A stretch of DNA of 64,000 nt from Azolla caroliniana (taxonomy: Eukaryota; Plantae; Polypodiophyta), in NCBI GenBank assembly GCA_043228905.1, contig JBHGNT010000012.1, positions 2,542,001 to 2,606,000 on the forward strand, written 5' to 3'. A program made the position numbers and the translations under genes. Positions 50,715 through 63,365 of this stretch are shown in pieces; position 1 is the first letter of the stretch, and each line of letters starts with the position of its first letter. Under the pieces are notes generated by a model that ran no database searches, had not been told where the DNA came from, and saw only the letters and a program-made list of their open reading frames with translations.

Positions 50715-52155
50715 GGTTACTTGGACCCACTGTGAACGAAACGCAGAGAGTTGTGCTACTGCACCGGCCTAAAATCACATCCGTTCATAAACGAAACCAA
50801 TATTCTTATTTGTAAAAGCGTGAAGAAGTTCTGTGAAAAAGACTTTGTTTTCTTGGCTATAGGAAACTGAACCTAGGCAGCTGCAAATATGGCCTTAACT
50901 TAAACCTGAAATAGCAAAGAACAGTTTCTGCTGCATTTGAAACCTTTTTCATTTCCAGGTCAAAGTTTTGGCTAATAGAAGCTTGCAACGTCTGAACTGT
51001 ATCTTGAATCGCATACTTCTGCAGAATTAGAAGAATTCGTCCTTTGCAATGCAAGCTTAACGGAGAGACTGGTGTTATGTTTCTCTTATGGCCCCTGAGA
51101 GTTAGCGTGAAATAGAAACTTGATAATTCCAGTCTTGATAATGTTTTGTACCATCCAGAGCTAGGTTTAGTCTTTGAAACCCAAAAACTGAAGCAATGTA
51201 ACTACAGTGGCCCCTGAGCTTCAGCTTGACACAGGAGCTGAAACTTGATCCTTAGAACCTTATGAAACCTTCATCTTATCCAGAGCACGATTTAGCCTTA
51301 GATGAAATCAGGAAATTGAAGCACTGTTTCTAGCAATGGCAACCTGAGGTTGATTTTGGTATGTGAAGGACAAAACCTGACACTTCTGCAAGGATTCGTC
51401 ACAATTCAGAGCGTGGATCATGTAAAAGTACTAAACCGTGATGATTCAGAGGAAACTGCGGTATCAGGCATCAGATCGAGCAGAAAAAGTAAAGATCGTA
51501 CGGGAAGAAAGAGTGCAAAAGACTTTATTTCAGCAAGACGTGGAATGCACTGGGTTCGAATCACCTGCATTGACGGAGAAGAGAAGAAAGATATGTTTTC
51601 TTTTCATTCGTGTTGCTTGATGCGTCCGTCCGTTTACAAAGAGACTGAAGAAGCTATGGCGAAGCAGACAAAGGGAGTCGATGAAACAAACGTAGATTCA
51701 GAGGAGTAATCAGAAGAAAGTCATTACAGCAGCTTCACGAATGCCGCGGCCACAGACGAACGAACGAACGAACGAACGAACGAACAAAAAATGAGCCGAG
51801 CTGTTGTCGATCTCGTTCTGTTTCTCTTTCTCTCGTTCTTCGCACACAGTGACGGAAACGAAGAATCGGAGGAGGCAAAGAAGGATCAGAAGAACGCCAT
51901 TAAAGCTTCATGAATGTCACGGACACAGGCAAACCCCCCCGAGCTCGCTCTCTCGCTCTCTCTCTCTCTCTCTCCTTCTTTCTCTCACTCCTAATCATTC
52001 TCTCTCATCAGACAGTCTCAGAGCACAGACATCAACGGGCACAGTCGCACAGGCAGAGAGAGAGAGAGAGGTAGAGAGAGAAAGAGAGAGAAAGAGAGAG
52101 ACAGTGAGAGACTGAGAGACACAGACAGAGAGAGACAGTGAGAAACTGAGAGACT

Positions 52156-52201
<46 letters not shown>

Positions 52202-52510
52202 TATCTGTTCTGCTTTTTGCTTTCCACACACACACAGACGTTTGCCCGCGCGTTTGAATGCAAAAAGCAAAAAGACACAGAGAATATAAAAAACGCTTCT
52301 CCGCTTTTTATTCCCTTTTGCGTTTTGCTTTTTTTTGCTTTCGATCAAATCGCTCCTTCTTCTTTCTTTTCTTATTTCTAAAGTTTTTAGCTCCAAGGAT
52401 TCCAATTCATTTATTCTTCATCTTTTCTTAAACTTTACTTTATTTATTAATTTAGCCTCCTCAACACACCACCCCCCCCCCCCCCCCCCCAAAAAAAAAA
52501 CACACACACA

Positions 52511-53015
52511 TCACAATCGCCAACGGTTCGGTTCGGTTTTAGAGTGTCAAAACCGAACCGTTTAAAAAAAAATTAACTTGAACCAATCCGTTAAAAAATT
52601 TCAAACCGTTTAAACCACGGTTTTGTGGTTCGGTTTCGGTTTCAACTTAGGTCTAATTTTTAAATTTTTAAAGTTAAAATATTTCATTATTTTAATTTTT
52701 CAAAATTAAAATATTTCATTATTTTAATTTTTCAAAATTAAAATATTTCATTATTTCAAATTTTTTCAAAATTTTAATGATTTTAAAATGTGAGAATAAG
52801 GCTCGAAAATGAAAAGATTCTTTAAAAACAATTTTGTAAATAATTTTTTTAATTAAAAATAAATAAATAAAAAGTTGTTAAGTCGTTTAAACCACTGATT
52901 CTACTATTGAAACCGAACCAAACTATTTAGAAAAACGTGAACCGAACCGGAACCGTTGAAACCGTTAAGCCACGGTTTTGCGGTTCAGTTCAAACCAAAC
53001 CGTTGTCGACTATTA
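52511..53015. mobile_element. Non-autonomous hAT-type MITE
   Basis: Imperfect TIRs TCACAATCGCCAACGGTT / AACCGTTGTCGACTATTA; 8-bp TSD CACACACA / CGCACACA; AAACCG subterminal repeats; internal AT-rich tandem repeat. Confidence 0.7.
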
Positions 53016-53399
53016 CGCACACATTTGTTTTACTTATATATTATGCCTATACACGTGAAAAAACACCTTTGATTGTTGCTTGTCTTAACGGCCATGTTTA
53101 CCCTAATACACTCACTACCAATGCGCCTAAAAGATTGGGCGACATCTGGAGTACTTGCATAGAAGGAAAGGGCTAGCTAGCCTATATATATTATACATGT
53201 TATAATGATGTTTGCATTGAGCTTGATGGCCAATTTGTCAAAACCATTGATATCTTTTATCCCTTGAAGTAAGAAGCATTTTATTATTTATCTAACCGTT
53301 TTTCATTTGTTAAAATTCTTAATGTGTGGAAGGAAAAAAAATCTTCAATTTAATTTAAAAGTCCCCTTGATTATTTCTCTTCTTTTTTTCCCAAAAAAA

Positions 53400-54400
53400 A
53401 CTCCTTCCATTAGTTATACAATTTTACAGATGAGAGTGTTATATACAAATCCCTGTAGGGACACGATAGTTCCATCTTATGTGGATGTCCATTGACTAAA
53501 GAAAGGGAGAGGACGACAATTGTTGGATGAAGGCTAGTTGTTCTCTTTCAACTCCATCGGAGCCACCCTTGTGACCATTGTATTAGCTCTTTAGAGTGGC
53601 TACAACCTCACTCCATGTCTCTTGCATTAACATTACTAGATGCATTGTTTGGTTGGAGAAGACCCACCTACATCGATGTTTCCTTAGAATCCAAAGAGTT
53701 ATTGGGCTGACCAATTCCAACTCAACTTGAGATTTAGCATTAATAAGAGTTCAGTGGATATTGTCAATGGTGGAAAAGAAAACCTCTTGTGCTTTTATCA
53801 CCAAAGTCATACCCTCTTGTTGATGCCCGTACCTATCAACTAGGGCTTGCCATGATAACCAACATACATTTCCCCACTTGATTGTGCCTTGCACCTAACA
53901 TAATTTTGGCATGCTACATAATTAGGAAAGCTAAGGGTCCCACGTTGTCACATTCCAACCGATAGTGACTTATGTGTTAATAACCATTAGAACGTGGCAA
54001 ATTGCCTCATGTGTTGTTTCCAAAATTTATACTAAAACTTGGCGATAATTGTGTGAGGAACATGATATGTGTGCTAGACCTTTGCAACAACCGGCTCTCA
54101 GGCGATTTGAGTGGCCAGAATGTGACAATCCAATGTAGTCGTGTATTGGAAGAAAGGGATGACTTTGCTTCCTTGACCTGCATAAGGATTGCGCCACGTC
54201 CATTGCAAAGGGTCCCAATTGACCTTACGTAGCCATGTGTTTTCATGAGTACATATGCACCATTCTAGTTGTACTTTGATCATGTCGAGATCTACAATCC
54301 ATTTATGAACAATATATGTGAGTACTCGAATGGTCATATTCAATGTTGGTGTTTGATTGTCTCGCAATTCATGGCCTTCAATCCTAAGTCCCCTTTATTA
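53400..54400 (-). mobile_element. Degenerate 3' fragment of a LINE related to the 23381-29666 element
   Basis: KVNWDPLQWTWRNPY..PFFQYTTTLDCHILA matches RLEWDPMDYQWTDPF..NFFQYSVQLGRHVLS; WLLTHKSLSVG matches WLLVHRALPVG; WSEVVATLK matches WLDIVHTLK. Confidence 0.75.
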
Positions 54401-54980
54401 TTTCCCTCTTGAAATGTATCACGCATGGGTCATGTATGGTTATGAGAGAGGGAAAAACATATTTGAAATCATTGTCAAAAGCTCTCTTTCATATAAAAAA
54501 AGTCCCCTTCCCCCTATCAAAGTCATCAATCACTTGTTCACGAAAACAAAATCCCAGAAGGAAAGATTTCACGTTGTAATTAATTATTTATCTTCTATTT
54601 CATATAGTCCATTTATGTTTAATTTCACAGTTTTATATAGGTTGATTTATCTCGTATAGATTGGTAATAAACAATGACATTGTTGTTGCCTATTCGATCA
54701 AATGTTTACAAGCCACCACTCAAGCACATGCATAATGCACTTAATTCAAATTATGACAATAATAACACTTACGTCCACATGTAAAACAATACCTCATCCA
54801 TAAGAATATGCACATTGCCACTCTTACAATCATCTGCATATAGACATACTTGAGGAATAAAAGTCCAATGCCTATTCTCCTCATGAAGCTAGAAAGGTAT
54901 ACTAACTCGCAAATCTTATTAAATGGTTTATCTATTCAAATAGATAGTCAATGATCAAGAACAATCCTACCCCACATTTA

Positions 54981-56006
54981 CAGTAACCATTCGGTTAAGT
55001 TCGCACTTTGAACGTATGGGTGAAGTGCGCACTTAACCGAGCCACACATTTAGAGGTTTTCTGAAAAAAAATTTGGGCTTTTAAAATTTTTTTAGGGTTT
55101 CTTGAAATTTTTTCCTTCTGTGTTCGTATCATATGTTTCTTCATTAGAAAAGTGATCGATTAATGTGATATAATTGACCTGAAATGTTTATGGTTTCAAC
55201 GTACTCTTGTTGGATATCACTTTTTCCCGATTCCATATTACCTTGAGTTTTTGCCTTTTTGTTAGGCCTACCTAATGAACTTCCTTGGATATGATGAGAT
55301 TTTTCCTTGCATTCTCTTCCTAATGGCGGGAGGCTTAAGGAATCGTAGTACAAATGGAGATGGAGGAGACCGGAAAAAAGAGAGAGGAGGAGCAACGGAG
55401 AAAGCATAGGCTGGAATAGAAAGAAAAAAAACGAGATGCATAGAAAGAGAATGAGAGGGAGGAGGGAGTGAAAGAAAGAAGGAGAAAATTAAGAATGAAC
55501 GAAGGCGGTGGCGGGAGGAGAGATGGAGAGAAATTAAGAAAGTGAGGGAGGGAGAGAAAGAAAGAAACATAATTAAGAATGAAAGAATACGGAAAAGGAA
55601 AAGGAAAATTGGGTTAAGTAGGAAAGTTTATTTTCTTTAACGAGAATCAAAATTACCAACTCGCTGAAACACACACACACAGACAACACATAACACGCAC
55701 ACAAACGCTACAACTGGAGAGACCGATTCCGAAATTTTGTTCTTTTTTTCCTTGCATTTCTCTTTGTGCATTTCCAGGAGACCCCCCCACCCACCATCAC
55801 GTAACAAATTCTTTTAAATTTTTTTTTTGTTAGAAACTCCTTTCTTTTATTGTTTTTTGAAAGTTTGGAACATAGTTTTAATTTCGTTTGATGTAATTTC
55901 ATCATGAACAATGTAATTTTTTTTATCTGGATTTTGACCTCTATTAAAAGCGCACTTAATTGAATGGTGCACTTAAATGGGCACGCACTTAACCGAATGG
56001 TTATTG
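54981..56006. mobile_element. Non-autonomous Tc1/mariner (pogo-like) DNA transposon
   Basis: TIRs CAGTAACCATTCGGTTAAGT / ACTTAACCGAATGGTTATTG, flanked by TA on both sides; subterminal GCACTTAA repeats; no transposase ORF. Confidence 0.82.
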
Positions 56007-56189
56007 TACTAAATTGTACACGTGAAAGCCTTCTATGTTGTTACCAATGTTGTTCTAATTGATTGTTATTGCCATTTAAAGAAAACATAACTTTGTAACA
56101 AAAATGAAAAAATATATTTGTTTTATAATGTTAAGAAACACACCCATGTGTTAAAAAGAAACATTGTACTAAGAAAACCTTATGCAACC

Positions 56190-56897
56190 CAATTTCCTTG
56201 TTCACTGGACGCCTTCTTTTATTATTATAAACCCAATTGGTTGAAAACACACAAACTACCACTTTAAACATCCCAATGCTTAGTTGAACAATATATGAGA
56301 TCACTCTGTTTGGTTGGGGTTCATGTCTTATGTGACACAATTTCCTTGTTCACTCGACGCCTTTTTTATTCTTATCAACCTTATTAGTTGAAAATACACA
56401 AATTGCCACTTTAAACATCCCAATACTTAGTTGAAAATACATGAACTTGCTCTGTTTCGACGGGGTTCAAGTCTTATGCGACACAAATTTTTTCCTTCAC
56501 GTGATGCCTTACTATTATTATTATTATTATCAACCATATGAGTTGAAAATACACAAACTACCACTTTAGACATCCCAATGCTTAGTTGAAAAACATACAC
56601 AAACTACTATTTTTAACATCCCAATGTATTGTTGAAAAATATATGAGCTTGCTCGGTTTGTATGGGTTCAAATATTACGTGACACAAATTTCCTTGTTCA
56701 CTTGATGCCTTATTATTATTATTGCCAACCATATGAGCCGAAAATACCCAAATTGCCACTTAAAACATCCCAATGCTTAGTTGATACATATATATATGAC
56801 CTTGATCAATTTGGATGGGGTTCGTGTCTTATGTCCCACAATTTCCATGTTCAGTTGATGCCTTTTCTTATTATTCTCAACCATGTGAACTGAAAAT
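56190..56897. repeat. ~148-bp satellite-like tandem repeat, ~4.5 diverged copies
   Basis: Recurring CAATTTCCTTGTTCAC...CCACTTTAAACATCCCAATGCTTAGTTGAA...GGGGTTCA.GTCTTATG at ~56190, 56338, 56484, 56685, 56839. Confidence 0.85.
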
Positions 56898-57035
56898 AAC
56901 AATTGTTGTTGTTGTTGTGTGCCTACAATGGCATGATGGATCATTCCATCCGAACCAAGGAAACAAACGTCATCTTGACATTTTCTTCAGTCCAGAGAAT
57001 CGTGCGCCACTAACAATCAACAACAACTTGGGTCG

Positions 57036-57395
57036 AGAGTGTCAAACTCAAACTGTTAAAAAAAATCAAAACTTAAACCGAACCATTACAAAAACTTCAA
57101 CCTCAAACCAAACTGTTTTAGATGCTTTCAAACGTTTAAACCATTAAAACCACAATTTCCGTGGTTCGGATTTGGTTTTCAAGTTAGGCCAATATTCAAA
57201 ATTTCACATTTTTATTTAAAAATTGTAAAAATTTCCAAATTTTAATATGTTTAAACCGAAAACCATTAAACTGATAAGGGCTCGAACCAAACCGTACCGC
57301 TAAACCCCCAAACCGAAACTGAACCGTTTATAAAAACCTAAACCGAACCGTTTAAACCGTTAAGCCACGGTTTCCAGTACAAACCACCGAATCAG
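57036..57395. mobile_element. Truncated hAT-type MITE related to 52511-53015
   Basis: Shared GAGTGTCAAA start, AAACCG/AACCGTT clusters and CCGTTAAGCCACGGTTT motif; termini not resolved. Confidence 0.5.
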
Positions 57396-57569
57396 TACGC
57401 CACATTTTTTTACAAAGGGCATCGCGTAGGGAGCAACATGTGGAGGCGGATCATTTCATGTGATCCGGGCGAACGAGTGGGCGTGGCGGCGGACATTTGT
57501 TTGTCCGTGGTGGCCGAAAGATACATATTGATTCGTGCCACATACATATGTCGGTCATTTCGGGTCTTC

Positions 57570-57575
57570 TGGGCC
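57570..57575 (+). promoter_or_regulatory. Possible site II element (TGGGCC) upstream of the cytochrome c1 locus
   Basis: Single TGGGCC ~170 bp before the ATG; the motif is typical of plant nuclear respiratory-chain gene promoters, but a hexamer can occur by chance. Confidence 0.25.
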
Positions 57576-59072
57576 AAATCAATCAATGCCATAATTTAAT
57601 TAATTATGCAATAACAATCAATCGCTCCTTTTTTTCAGACAATTGTTTGAAACACAAATGTTTCCAGACCATAAAATGAACAGTGTTTCGTCTTCTTCTT
57701 CTTCCGATTCTTTCTTGCAGCTTTCTGTGCATTGATGGTGGCATGGAAGCTCGTAAGGCGGCCTTGGTAACGGGGCGTGCTTTCTCTCGCATCCTCCGCC
57801 AGTTTGAGGGCAAAGCAGCTGTATCTCAGGTACGAAGATGTCTTTTTTTTCTAGGGTTAGGTCTAGGAATAGAATTGGTTAGGGTTTACTTCACCATCAT
57901 TATGCATTTCTGCAAAGAAAAGAAATTAGCTTTCTATTTGGTTCGGAGAGGCAAGATGTTCAGACTTAGGTTTGATCTTAGGCTTCGTGCGAATTTTGTG
58001 TATCCAAAGAAATGAATTGAGCTTTCTCCTCACCCTGAACATTGCATTAAATGTAATGCTTTAGCTTAGCATATTGGAATCATATTTATGAGTTTTGTGT
58101 TCATGGGAAGTGCTCAAATTTCTGCTAGAGTTCTTCTTTATGTTCTAGTTTTCCATGAATATTGATTCTATACATAGGATCATTTGACACTAAATTGGTC
58201 ATGTCTAATATTATTTTCCTAGCTTAACAGATGTAGAATTCCAATATAAAGGAGGAATGTTGTCGAAATCTGGATACTTTCAATGAACATGAAATACATA
58301 ACTACAATTGCAAGAACACTCTCTAAAGATGCATGCTTATTGCACTGAAATTAAGATTTTGTAGCCAGCCCGGCTCAATGAAAAAGATTGCATTTACTTA
58401 GCAGCAATCAACACCAACTAGAAATTTTCATTAGTTGTCAGTTTTTCAAAATGCGTTTGATGTTATTCACTGACCAAAATTTTAGTAAGCTGAACAGATG
58501 TAAAACTCAACATATAAAATAGAAAATTGATTGAAGTTCTGAAGTACATAAATACAATTGCAAGAATGTTCATGGGAGATGCATGATTATTGCATGGAAT
58601 TAAGGCTTGTAACCTCTCTAGAGATTCACTATTATCCCATGAAATAAATAAATAAGTTTCTCAGTCACGATTGTTACTCTTGATTACATGAAATAATCAT
58701 GGTTACTCTAATCTCAAAGTTATGTAATGATACAAGGTAGGTAAAAACTCTAGGTGTTTTAGAACTCCATTTGCATTTTTTTGAATCTCTTTAACCATTC
58801 AGATTGCTGAGATATTGAGATTATCACGTTATTTTGTTGTCGCAGACAGGGCTTACCATCGATAATAAACAGAATGCTCGAGAGATGAATGGAGCAAGGA
58901 CTTCTAGAGCGTTCACCTACTTTGGAGTAGGTGTGGCTGGTCTTTTAGGCCTTACAGGTGTTGCCTATGCTGATGAGGCAGAGTATGGTCTTCATGCTCC
59001 AAATTATCCATGGTCACATGAAGGCGTTTTGAGTTCCTATGATCATGCTGCGTATGTAATATGCTGTACTTC

Positions 59073-59501
59073 TGTAGGGAAAATAATATTAAAATACCCC
59101 TGATTGCTTAGATGTTTACTAGAATACCCCTTAATTTTAAAAAACCACTAGAATATCCCTTAGTCTTCAAAACCTTTTTATTACAGTTATTCTGGTGAAT
59201 ATCCAAGACAAACAAAACTTACCTCTAACTTATTGCACATATTTATTAGAATACTATTGGTTTTAAAATATTACGAGAATATACCTTGGTCTCTAATAGT
59301 TTCGTGTTAGAGAGGTATATTCTGGTAAATTATCCAAAATACATCAAAATACGTACCCCTAACCTATTGGATATTTATTAGAATGCCTCTTGCTTTTAGG
59401 CAAATTACAGAATATTCATCCGTCTTTAAAATATTGCAATTCCAGATGGGTTTTCTGGTCAATATATAAAAATCCAAGGATATGTTAGTGTTTCTTCCTA
59501 C
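59073..59501. mobile_element. Possible degenerate MITE in CYC1 intron 2
   Basis: Imperfect ~55-bp inverted ends (GTAGGGAAAAT..TAGAATACCC / GGGTTTTCTGG..TTCTTCCTAC) and repeated TAGAATA(C/T)CC motifs. Confidence 0.4.
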
Positions 59502-61019
59502 TTTTATTAGTTCTTAAGCTATAGTACCCAGTTCATCAATGCCTATTCATATGAGGTTCTGTTCACACACTTCCATCACATTACTCATTTATTTCAACTA
59601 CTTGCAGAATCAGGAGAGGACATTAAGTTTATCAACAAGTGTGTGCCGCCTGTCATAGCATGTCATTAATATCATTCCGTGACCTCGTTGGGTTTGCATA
59701 CACAGAAGATGAAGTAAAATCAGTTGCTTCAGAGATTGAAGTGATTGATGGTCCAAATGATGAGGGAGAAATGTATACCAGATCAGGAAAACCTAGTGAC
59801 CACTTTCCTAATCCATATCCAAACGAACAAGCAGCACGATTTGCAAATGGAGGGGCTTATCCCCCAGATTTGAGTCTGATAACAAAGGTTGATAAGGTGA
59901 TACCTAATCTATTTTTCAATACAGAGATCATTATTTCACGGTTTGTTTACCCTTGTCTCTTCTCTAGGCATGCCACAATGGTCAGAACTATGGCCCATCT
60001 CACTGGATATTGTGAACCACCCGCAGGTGTTTCGGTATGTTTATATTATCTTTATTGTTTTGGCGCTAGATATTATTTATTAAATGTGTAAGAAGAGAGA
60101 AATTCTTCTACTAGGGTTCATTTGTACAGGTTGTATATCTCTTATGGCAGTAGTATTAGTGTGCAGATGGGGAGAAGGCTTGTAATTGAAGTATCATTAA
60201 TTTAATATCCTCAAGGTAATGTGGTTTTATGCAGATAAGGGAGGGTCTTCACTACAATCCCTATTTTCCTGGTGGGGCAATTGCTATGCCGAAAATGCTG
60301 ACTGATGGTGGGGTTGAGTACGAAGATGGCACGCCTGCAACAGAGACACAGGTATTTACTTACATATAAAGTTCATGCCTCAAAGATTTATGTGCTTTAA
60401 ACTGCGATGATATGCATGGAGAATTTCAAATTCCATGATGTCATAGCACAAGAGTATGGGATTAATAGCGATAGATACATGTAAAACACATTTGATTTAA
60501 TTAGATCAAACGAGTTCCAGGTCCAATTTAACTTAGTATTAAGATACTTGAATATTCAATGCAATGATCATATATGCTAATACATCTAGAGGGGAGGTGG
60601 TGTCAATTTCTTGACGCCCTTTATGGTATTTTTAGCCTGAAATCGAAATTGAGAAAAAAGAATGACAGAATAACTAGCAAAAAATAAAGAATGTGACAAA
60701 GAGACAGTAGAAAAAGAAAAAGAAAAAGAAAAAAGAAGAGAGAAGAAAAAAAACCACGACTCTTTGCTACGTAGTAGAAATTTGCGAATGGAGCCTCTGT
60801 AGGGCTCATAATTGGACATATATAGAGAGACCTTAAATCTTGATAATTGTCTGCATGATAAGGAGCAAAGCATCAGTTCCCATGATATCATCTGGGAGAA
60901 GATGAGAGCAGCTCCAATAGTAACTGAGGCATTTCTCTTATGAGTGATTGATAGATATTCAACAGATTTGAGTGCCCCCAAACAAATATATTGAAGATTG
61001 GCTCTTAGGTCATCAAAAC

Positions 61020-61970
61020 AACTGGCTTAAAATGGAGACAATCATTGTTGGTATGCTAAAATGCAAGGTGGTTCCAATTGCATGGAATAAGTATTAACAT
61101 GCTACCTCTATTCCAATATAGCTTGGATTGTCCACATCTGAGCTTTTAGTAGGAAAATGGCTCACTACAAGACACTCTTTTACACATGCCACAAGATCAC
61201 ATCTATTTATGAGGACTCCCTATATGAAGACATCTATCTCATGTGCTTTTTAGTGCGATAGGGGAGTTTAGAAACTCTTCACATCAGTTAGAAATTTAGA
61301 TAGGCAAATATGAATGCAAAACCCATGGAAGAACGGAGTTGCCAATTTGTCATTGGGGGGGAGGGGGTTGGAATAAGAACTGTGTGCCGTTGTGATGTTT
61401 TTTCTGAAATAAGAGGCAGATGTCACTGCCACTTCTAACAAGGTTTTGACCCCCTATGCAAGATCATGGAATATGAAGACCAAGCTTGAGATTGTTTGTG
61501 CTAGAACTCTAGACACACAGAGAAGTTGTTGGACAACACTGCAACCACAACAGCTTATCAGCAGAGAACAATCACGGCTTAGCCACATCACTCATGCTAC
61601 TAGTCAATCAAGGACTACACAAGTGGAGTCTTGACCAAGACACTGTAAAGAGGCTACAACATATCAGGCAATAGCAATGTGTTGCTCACATAAACCATGA
61701 CCTTGTCAGCCTTGTCACTGAAGGCCATTATCACCTGGCACTGAAGGTGCATCTCTTAGGAAATCTCTGCATCTTGGAGTGGTCCATGTTGGATATTTTT
61801 TGAAGATGAAAGTTTCAGTATATTTAGGTTTAGAATCTTAAGTTCCTAGATATCTAGAGTCTTTAGTACCCTATATTTAGTTATATACTTTTTGGTTTGT
61901 TCTCAAAGATGAGAAAATATTGTAAGGCATAATCTATTCTTTGGTCTTATAGATCAGATCAAGTTGGTAT
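61020..61970 (+). mobile_element. Possible very degenerate LTR-retrotransposon remnant in the long CYC1 intron
   Basis: Faint RNase-H-end-like peptide, then a G-rich PPT-like tract at ~61354-61368, and a PBS-like TGGTAT at ~61965. Confidence 0.25.
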
Positions 61971-63131
61971 GTTAAAAGATATAAATATAACTTTCTTTCT
62001 TTCTTAAAGTCTCAAACCTTGAACTTTCTGGCTTTTTTCCTAACACGCACATGAACACACACACACAAACACACACACAAACACACACACAAACACACAC
62101 AGAGCTAGAGGCAGACCCACATGTGGGTGACAACAATGATTCAGCGCATCCATTGCTCACGATCTCTTTTTGCCTGTCTCGATGCTCTTTGCAGCACCTG
62201 ACCTCTTCTTGCATGTTCCTGTATGTCTAAATCTTAGAATCCATTTGCATATTTCCTGATTGTTCCCTTATATATAGCTTAACCAAACAACATGAACGAC
62301 AAAAATGTGACTCGGCTCGGCGACCCTCAAATAACCTCCACTAGTCATCCAATGCAACAACTGAACAGGCAAACTCAAAACACATAGTTTTTCTGGCTAA
62401 CTGGATCCAATGTTTTTTGGGATCTCTGTCTCATTCTCCAACTCCAAAGTTCATAAATGTACCTATGCCCATAGTCCTTTAAGAACTCCCTGCCAGCATC
62501 ACACTAAAAGAAAAAGAAAAAACCGGTGTTAAAGGTAAAGAATTCTCACATGATTCAAGAGCAAACATGGTATGTGATAATTTAAGACATGTTCAAAAGC
62601 TTCGTCCTTATAATTGATGATAATTTTGAAAAAATTGGACTCATCTAGATGAATGTGAGTTGAAATATAGATGTGGGCATTAGTATTATGTATGGAACTT
62701 CCTGTAGTCTAGGGCCTTGCGATGTTTTTCCTGTTCCACTAGGTCAGGTGAATTTTACTTCATGAATGAAGATAACAGTGTGCCGTTTGTAATGGGAAGA
62801 TAAGCAAAGAAAATATTGTCTCATAACATAGCTTGCACAAATCTCCTCTCAAATTCTTGGTTGGTTACAATGACAGATGGGAAAAGATGTAGTAACATTC
62901 TTATCATGGGCTGTTGAGCCAGAGATGGAGGAGAGGAAACTGGTGAGTTAGTGCTGTTAACTTGGATTTGATCAGTAATAAATCGTGTTTGTTTTGATTA
63001 ATTATGATATTTATTCATACAGATGGGCTTCAAAGTAATGTTAGTGCTTTTCTTAGCCCTTTTGCAAGCAGGTTACTATAAAAGGTGGAAATGGGCACCA
63101 CTGAAGTCGAGGAAATTAGTTGTGGATGTCA

Positions 63132-63327
63132 TTAACTAAACCTTAGATTCAGTTAAGCCAGAGAAATTTAAATTGTTACACTGTGAATAATAACAAGGAG
63201 GTTATGACTTTGTTGGCTTGCATGAATCCTTAACTAAACCTTAGATTCAGTTAAGCCATAGAAATTTAAATTGTTACATTGTGAATAATCACCAGGAGGT
63301 TATAACTTTGTTGGCTTGCATGAATCC
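63132..63327. repeat. 98-bp tandem duplication starting across the CYC1 stop codon
   Basis: TTAACTAAACCTTAGATTCAGTTAAGCCA...GGCTTGCATGAATCC at 63132 and 63230. Confidence 0.9.
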
Positions 63328-63365
63328 AATTCATGGATGGTGTAAACATATGGTTTCTGAATAAT

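Larger units (their letters stand above)
57743..63139 (+). pseudogene. CYC1: Mitochondrial cytochrome c1 (complex III), probable unprocessed pseudogene. Exons ~57743-57829, 58846-59051, 59608-59887, 59968-60034, 60235-60351, 62878-62943, 63023-63139
   Basis: AYADEAEYGLHAPNYPWSHEG, CAACH heme motif, ARFANGGAYPPDLSLITK, YNPYFPGGAIAMPKML, KDVVTFLSWA.EPEMEERKL, KSRKLVVDVIN*; in-frame TAA at 59624-59626 (IRRGH*VYQQV) and a frameshift at ~59992. Confidence 0.88.

Noticed and set aside
51350-51709. 119-aa ORF antisense to the CalS leader
   Set aside because: Non-ATG start, no recognisable domain, lies in a probable 5' UTR intron
51804-52405. SL- and RE-repeat ORFs
   Set aside because: (GA/CT)n tracts in the probable CalS promoter/5' UTR
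59624-59626. U-to-C RNA editing rescuing the CYC1 stop codon
   Set aside because: Reverse editing is known from organellar transcripts, whereas this is a spliceosomal-intron nuclear gene, and a separate frameshift would remain
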